Source: Gemmatimonadota bacterium
GTDB taxonomy: Bacteria; Latescibacterota; UBA2968; UBA8231
Assembly: GCA_038153405.1 (NCBI GenBank)
Contig: JAYOYH010000078.1
Coordinates: 1 to 11,801 of the forward strand
Reading direction: 5' to 3'
DNA length: 11,801 bases
The translations under genes and the position numbers were made by a program. The notes below the pieces were generated by a model, which did no database searches, had not been told where the DNA came from, and saw only the letters and a list, made by a program, of their open reading frames with translations. This document shows positions 7,201 to 11,801 of the stretch, piece after piece. Each line of letters begins with the position of its first letter. The stretch's first letter is position 1.

Positions 7201-7310
7201 GACGCATAATTTTTAAACCGAGTGCACTGGCAAAAAACCAAAAAACGGATACATTTTGTCTTGTAGGGATAATTTATGTCCCTCTACTCCAAGCCTATCG
7301 AAAGTCAATC
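7201..7310 (+). promoter_or_regulatory. AT-rich putative promoter region of the DUF3050-like gene
   Basis: 42 of 110 bases are G+C (about 38%) in an otherwise GC-rich window, with A-tracts. Candidate TGGCAA-16nt-TACATT at 7228-7255 and GATAAT at 7268-7273. The exact elements are uncertain. Confidence 0.45.
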
Positions 7311-8132
7311 ATGCCATTGCACACCCCCTTACAGGAACAGGCGGACGAACAGTTGGCCTATCTGCGCACTGCGCTGCGCACGCACGGCGTCTACGGTGCG
7401 CTCAATACGCTGGACGATATACGCTCCTTTATGGAACTGCACGTCTTTGCCGTGTGGGACTTTATGTCGCTGCTCAAGTCGCTGCAGTCGACCATTACCT
7501 GTGTCCGCGTTCCCTGGACGCCCAGTCCACATCGCTCGGCCGCCCGACTCATCAACGAGATCGTCCACGGTGAAGAGAGCGACATCGATGCCTACGGCGC
7601 ATCCAAGAGCCACTTTGAAATGTACTTAGATGCCATGGATGAAATCGGCGCCGACGCGCAGCCCATCCGGCGCTTCATAGCCGCTCTACAGGATGGATAC
7701 TCCGTTGAACAGGCGTTGACGACGTGCTCTATAGATTCGGCGGCCGCCCATTTTGTGCGCGCGACGTTTTCCTATATCGATAGCGGCAAACCGCACGTGG
7801 TAGGCGCAGCCTTCACGCTGGGGCGCGAAGAGATCATACCCGATATGTTTCTCGAGATTTTAGCGCAGTCCGGCGCGCGCGACGGACGTTTCGGCCAACT
7901 CGTCTACTACCTAGAGCGCCACGTCGAGCTGGACGGCGACACGCACGGCCCGCTGGCCCTGCAGATGCTCGACGAGCTGTGCGGCAGCGATCCCGTGCGC
8001 ACGCAAGAAGCCCTGGCCGCTGCCGAAGCGGCACTGCACGCGCGCATCAAGCTGTGGGACGGCATTGCCGAGCGCTTCGTTGGAACCCCTGCCGACACCG
8101 CAGCAAGCGACGCACTGCTAGCCATGGCTTAG
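7311..8132 (+). CDS. DUF3050 family protein (heme-oxygenase-like fold, putative di-iron enzyme)
   Basis: 273 aa with FMELHVFAVWDFMSLLKSLQ, TCVRVPWTP, RLINEIVHGEESD, SHFEMYLDAM, FTLGREEIIPDMF and YYLERHVELDGDTHGP, all characteristic of DUF3050. Confidence 0.9.
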   Translation: MPLHTPLQEQADEQLAYLRTALRTHGVYGALNTLDDIRSFMELHVFAVWDFMSLLKSLQSTITCVRVPWTPSPHRSAARLINEIVHGEESDIDAYGASKSHFEMYLDAMDEIGADAQPIRRFIAALQDGYSVEQALTTCSIDSAAAHFVRATFSYIDSGKPHVVGAAFTLGREEIIPDMFLEILAQSGARDGRFGQLVYYLERHVELDGDTHGPLALQMLDELCGSDPVRTQEALAAAEAALHARIKLWDGIAERFVGTPADTAASDALLAMA

Positions 8133-8150
8133 CGTGGCTCGATGCGCTGA

Positions 8151-11100
8151 TCAGCGAGTGGAGTAGTCGATTTGTTCGTAGTAAATCCAGCACAGGGAAG
8201 TCATGTAGCCGAGGTGATCCGGATTCATGCTCGACGCCGCTTCGACGTAGCGGGCGGCCTGTTCAAAATCGCCCAACCCGGCGTAGCAATAGCCGATTAG
8301 ATACGTAGCCAACTCCTTCCACTGGCCAGAGATCAGCGGCAGGTGCGTCAGCGCCTCGGAAAACTGCTCGGCCTCTATATAGGCCATGGCCATGATCAAT
8401 CGGCGTGCGTCATCGGTCGGGTCGGCCAGCAGCGGGCGAATGTATGCGCGGTAGAAATAGTCGTCGCGCATCGCCTCAAACTGTTTGAAGTTGGCAGCCG
8501 CCTTGTCGCGCAGCAGGTCGCCGTCCGGCAGTTCCGGCGGATCGGTCTCCTGCAACGCTCCGTAGGGATAGTCGCGCCAAGCGTCGGCGACGACCACCAC
8601 GTTGCCGGGCACGCGCACGTCGACCCCTTCCAAGATTTTAGCACCCAACTTCCACGCATCCGTAAAGAGTCGGCCCTCGCCTAGCACAGTGACCTCGACC
8701 GGCACCCACAGCCGCCCGGCGTGTTCGACAAAGAGCGCTTCGCTTAGCTGCGTCCCCAGCTTTCTATTGGGGCTGAGGCCCGAGTCGAACATCATGAGGA
8801 TGTGTCCGGGAACGTCTACCAGCGCGGTGGAGATGCGCACATTTTCTAGCAGCGCGCAAAATAGTGCCGTGTTGTCGTCGCAGTCGCCCAGCCGAGAATG
8901 CATTAGCTCAGCCGGATATTGGATGTGGTCGATGGCCGCCGCATTCTCGCGCGCCATCTGGAAGGGCGTGTTGGCATCGGCGGCGTAGCGCACGCCCAGC
9001 GCATTGAGCCCTTCAAACATCAGCATCGCCTGCGGTATATGACCCCACGAATCGCCGCGCAGCCCGAAGTCGCCCAGCGCGGACAGCATGCTGCGGGCAA
9101 CGTGCGCGACGGCCGGATCATCCGGCGTAACAAAGGCGGCGGCCCGCGCAATCGAGTCCCAGTTGAGCATGCCCTTGCCGTGCACCGTGATTGCGCGGCT
9201 CTCTTCGATGGAGACCGTCTGCGCACCTACGGAGTAGGACAGTTTGATCTCGGCATCCCACGGCTGATGGCCGACCACCTGCAGCAGCGCGTTGTCCAAT
9301 ACGGCGTGAATGGGCACCGTGATCTGCGCGTCGGCCGGCAGCGTTAGGCTCTTTTCAGCTGGCCGCTTCATTAGCTCGGGCAGATAGTACTGCAGCGTCG
9401 CCTCGACGGGGATTTCGTTCTTGTTAAACAGCTGCACCGTGGCGACCGGGCGAATGGCATAGGACTTGTAGAACGAAGCGTAGACGTCCTCTGTCTGCAC
9501 GGAGCTGATGCCGATGGAAGAGGCCCCCGGCACGTAGATCACTTCAAAGTCGACGCGCGCCGGCTGCCGCGAATAGTTAAACGCCCTGTCAATCGCCTTC
9601 ACTTCAAAAGCGTAGGTGCCGCTGGGCAGGTCGTCGTAGTAGACGGCGTTATCCCGGGTAAAGCGCCATGCCTCGTCGTAGCCGACCAGGCGGTAGGCAA
9701 ACTGCATGAGCTTGCGCCGCGTCTGGTAGCTCATGCCCTTGAAGTTGATCGCGATGCGCTGCTGGGTCGTGGGCACTTGGATGGCAGTGCCCGGCACGTA
9801 GACCTTGTCGGCGACGACGGAGGAAATCAGCACGGCCGGATCGCTGTACTCGCTCCGCAGGCGCGTGACGCCCATGCCCGTCAGAAACCAGACGTCGCCG
9901 CCCTGCGATTCTACGATGGAAACGACGAGATTGTCGTTGAGACCGTCGCGTTTTAACAGCTCCTGGGTGGTCGCCCCATCGTAGCGAATAACGCCGTCGT
10001 CGGTGGCCAACCAAACGAGGCCGTCGCGCGCCTGCGCCACCGCGCGTACGCGGCCGTAGGACAGGCCGCTGCCGCCCTGCCAATCGGCGAGGACACCGTC
10101 GCGCATCAGGCTGATGCCCCGATCCGTGACGATCCACAGCGTGCCGTCGGCCGTCTCGTACAGCGCCTGCACGGCGTTGCCTACGAGGCCATCGCGCTGG
10201 GTAAAGGTGCGAAACGCTGCGCCGTCGTACTGGCTGATGCCGCGCAGCGTGGCAATCCACAGCGTGCCGTCGGCAGCGACCAGCACATCGTCGATCCAAT
10301 TGCTCGGCAGTCCCTCATCGGTCGAGTAGTTGGTAAAGGCCTGGCCGTCGTAGGCGCTGAGGCCGTCGGCCGTGCCGATCCACAGCATGCCGCGCTCGTC
10401 CTCGACGACCTTCTGCAGGTCGTTGCTAGGCAAGCCGTCGGCCGTCGAGAAGACGCGAAATTCCCCGCCGCTGTACTGCAGCAGGCCGTCGGAAGTAGCC
10501 AACCATATCGCCCCGCGGCGATCCTGCACAACGGAACGCACAAAGCTCGAGTCGACCAGCGTTGAGCGCGTCTGGGGCGTGCGCTGGGCGAGTGAATCGC
10601 TCTGCCCCAACAAGGTCCGTTTGTCAAAGCGCTGCGCCGTGCCGCGGTGGTAGCGGACGAGGCCGTCGTTGGTGCCGATCCACACCTGGTCCCCGTCGGC
10701 GACAAAGAGGCGCTCCACGGCGACCGAGTCGCCCGCTGCGCCTAAGTCAACGCGCTCCACCGCCCCGTCGCGCACGACGCGCAGGCCGTCGGTCGTGCCC
10801 AACCAAAGGGTGCCGGCGCCGTCTTCGACCAGCGCCGTGGTCCTGTCAGCGGCTAGCTGTCCGTTGGAAAGCGTGGTAAATATAAAGCCATCGTAGCGCC
10901 GCAGGCCCTCGTCGGTGCCGACCCACATCTGGCTGATACCATCGTGGTAGAGCGAGCGGATGACCCGGTCACCCGCATCGTCGGCCACCAACATGGGCTG
11001 CATCGCGCCGTCGTCTATCGTATACAGTCCGGTCGTCGAGCCCACCCAGATCTTGGCCTGCGCGTCCTCGGCAATGCAGGTGATTTCGGCGGGCCCGGGT

Positions 11101-11801
11101 GCGTCGGTCGGCGCCACCCGCGTCACGCGCCCCGCGCGCATGTAAAAGGCGCCCTGATCCTTCGTGCCGACCCACAGCGCACCGTCTGAGGCGACATACA
11201 GCGCCGTAATATTGCCGCTGGGCAGGCCCCCCTCTTCTACTGTGTAGTTGGCAAATTCCTCGCCGTCGTAGGTGGCCAGACCGCGGCTGGTGGCGATCCA
11301 TATCAACCCGTCCCTATCCTGCACAACGGCGCGAACATTAGAGCCAAACCCCGTGCTTATGCGCTCAAACGAGCGGCCGTCAAATTCCGAGATGCCGCCC
11401 TGCGTGCCGATCCAGAGCCGACCCTGGCCATCTTCAAAGAATGTGCTGACCCAGTCACCGGCTAGCCCATCAACGGTCGTGTAGGTGATGATCTCGTCGC
11501 CGCGCTGGCGACTGACGCCGGAGGACGTGCCGATCCACACTTCCCCGGTAGCGGTCTGGTAGGTGCCGCTGACCTCGTTGCCGGCCAGACCGTTGCCGGC
11601 GGCCAGCGTGGTAAACGACAGCCCGTCGAACACGCTCACTCCGCCTGCCGTGCCGAGCCACATCACGCCGGTGCTGTCCCTGCGGATTGAGTTGACGCGA
11701 TTGTCGGCCAGGCCGTCGTGCATATTGTACAGGTACCACGCCCCGACCTGCTGCCCGCTGCCGGCACTAGTGACGGGCAGGACCGGCAGGGTCTGCCGGA
11801 T
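8151..11801 (-). CDS. Large multidomain protein (5' partial): two-component-regulator-type propeller repeats + Y_Y_Y + beta-rich linker + transglutaminase-like domain + TPR
   Basis: The frame stays open upstream of ATG 11723 to the window edge (IRQTLPVLPVTSAGSGQQVGAWYLYNMHDGL...), so the true start probably lies outside. 15 W-[ILVF]-x-[TS] blade motifs with DGL..N.V linkers. YRLVGYDEAW...YDDLPSGTYAFEVKA (Y_Y_Y). GDCDD / PGHI / VPVEVT. C-terminal LGY-like TPR helices (YLIGYCYAGLGDFEQAARYVEAASSMNP). Confidence 0.9.
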   Translation of the reverse strand: MRQTLPVLPVTSAGSGQQVGAWYLYNMHDGLADNRVNSIRRDSTGVMWLGTAGGVSVFDGLSFTTLAAGNGLAGNEVSGTYQTATGEVWIGTSSGVSRQRGDEIITYTTVDGLAGDWVSTFFEDGQGRLWIGTQGGISEFDGRSFERISTGFGSNVRAVVQDRDGLIWIATSRGLATYDGEEFANYTVEEGGLPSGNITALYVASDGALWVGTKDQGAFYMRAGRVTRVAPTDAPGPAEITCIAEDAQAKIWVGSTTGLYTIDDGAMQPMLVADDAGDRVIRSLYHDGISQMWVGTDEGLRRYDGFIFTTLSNGQLAADRTTALVEDGAGTLWLGTTDGLRVVRDGAVERVDLGAAGDSVAVERLFVADGDQVWIGTNDGLVRYHRGTAQRFDKRTLLGQSDSLAQRTPQTRSTLVDSSFVRSVVQDRRGAIWLATSDGLLQYSGGEFRVFSTADGLPSNDLQKVVEDERGMLWIGTADGLSAYDGQAFTNYSTDEGLPSNWIDDVLVAADGTLWIATLRGISQYDGAAFRTFTQRDGLVGNAVQALYETADGTLWIVTDRGISLMRDGVLADWQGGSGLSYGRVRAVAQARDGLVWLATDDGVIRYDGATTQELLKRDGLNDNLVVSIVESQGGDVWFLTGMGVTRLRSEYSDPAVLISSVVADKVYVPGTAIQVPTTQQRIAINFKGMSYQTRRKLMQFAYRLVGYDEAWRFTRDNAVYYDDLPSGTYAFEVKAIDRAFNYSRQPARVDFEVIYVPGASSIGISSVQTEDVYASFYKSYAIRPVATVQLFNKNEIPVEATLQYYLPELMKRPAEKSLTLPADAQITVPIHAVLDNALLQVVGHQPWDAEIKLSYSVGAQTVSIEESRAITVHGKGMLNWDSIARAAAFVTPDDPAVAHVARSMLSALGDFGLRGDSWGHIPQAMLMFEGLNALGVRYAADANTPFQMARENAAAIDHIQYPAELMHSRLGDCDDNTALFCALLENVRISTALVDVPGHILMMFDSGLSPNRKLGTQLSEALFVEHAGRLWVPVEVTVLGEGRLFTDAWKLGAKILEGVDVRVPGNVVVVADAWRDYPYGALQETDPPELPDGDLLRDKAAANFKQFEAMRDDYFYRAYIRPLLADPTDDARRLIMAMAYIEAEQFSEALTHLPLISGQWKELATYLIGYCYAGLGDFEQAARYVEAASSMNPDHLGYMTSLCWIYYEQIDYSTR
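9860..11750 (-). repeat. Protein-level tandem repeats (~42 aa beta-propeller blades, 15 visible)
   Basis: Recurring unit: F..YT..DGL..N.V..I..D..G.LWIGT..G.S.YDG. At the DNA level it appears as repeated GTGCCGATCCA / GCCGTCGTAG words on the + strand. Boundaries are approximate. Confidence 0.85.

Noticed and set aside
8133..8150. Terminator between the convergent DUF3050 and large genes
   Set aside because: The gap is only 18 nt, with no convincing stem-loop or U-tract.
9900..11700. Recurring ~10-nt DNA words at ~125-nt spacing as a CRISPR-like or non-coding array
   Set aside because: They are degenerate, in frame, and explained by WIGT/YDG/DGL protein repeats. No cas genes are visible.
11721..11723. 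ATG 11723 as the start of the large protein
   Set aside because: It falls inside a repeat unit (GAWYLYN-M-HDGL), has no convincing SD, and the frame is open to the window edge.
1..11801. Window begins with ATC and ends with GAT, resembling restriction-fragment ends
   Set aside because: Internal GATC and GATATC sites are uncut. Most likely coincidence or a library artefact with no biological meaning.

Overview
GC-rich bacterial genomic window, densely coding, with no recognisable rRNA, tRNA, CRISPR array or mobile element. From left to right on the + strand are the 3' end of a gene ending in -LQLALRF and a cytoplasmic GH32-like glycosidase with altered catalytic motifs. These converge on a tightly packed minus-strand operon: EamA/DMT transporter -> degenerate enolase-superfamily protein -> intact enolase-superfamily enzyme -> MFS transporter -> short PhyH-like remnant. 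Divergent from the operon are a DUF6174-like lipoprotein and a DUF3050-like (heme-oxygenase-fold) gene. The window ends in a 5'-truncated, >1200-aa minus-strand protein made of beta-propeller repeats, a Y_Y_Y domain, a transglutaminase-like domain and TPR. The main points of interest are: (1) a translationally coupled pseudo-enolase/enolase pair; (2) a sensor-type propeller-Y_Y_Y module fused, without a transmembrane helix, to a Cys-His-Glu transglutaminase-like domain rather than a kinase; (3) a GH32 lacking the canonical acid/base Glu. Family assignments come from motif recognition by eye, not from database searches.
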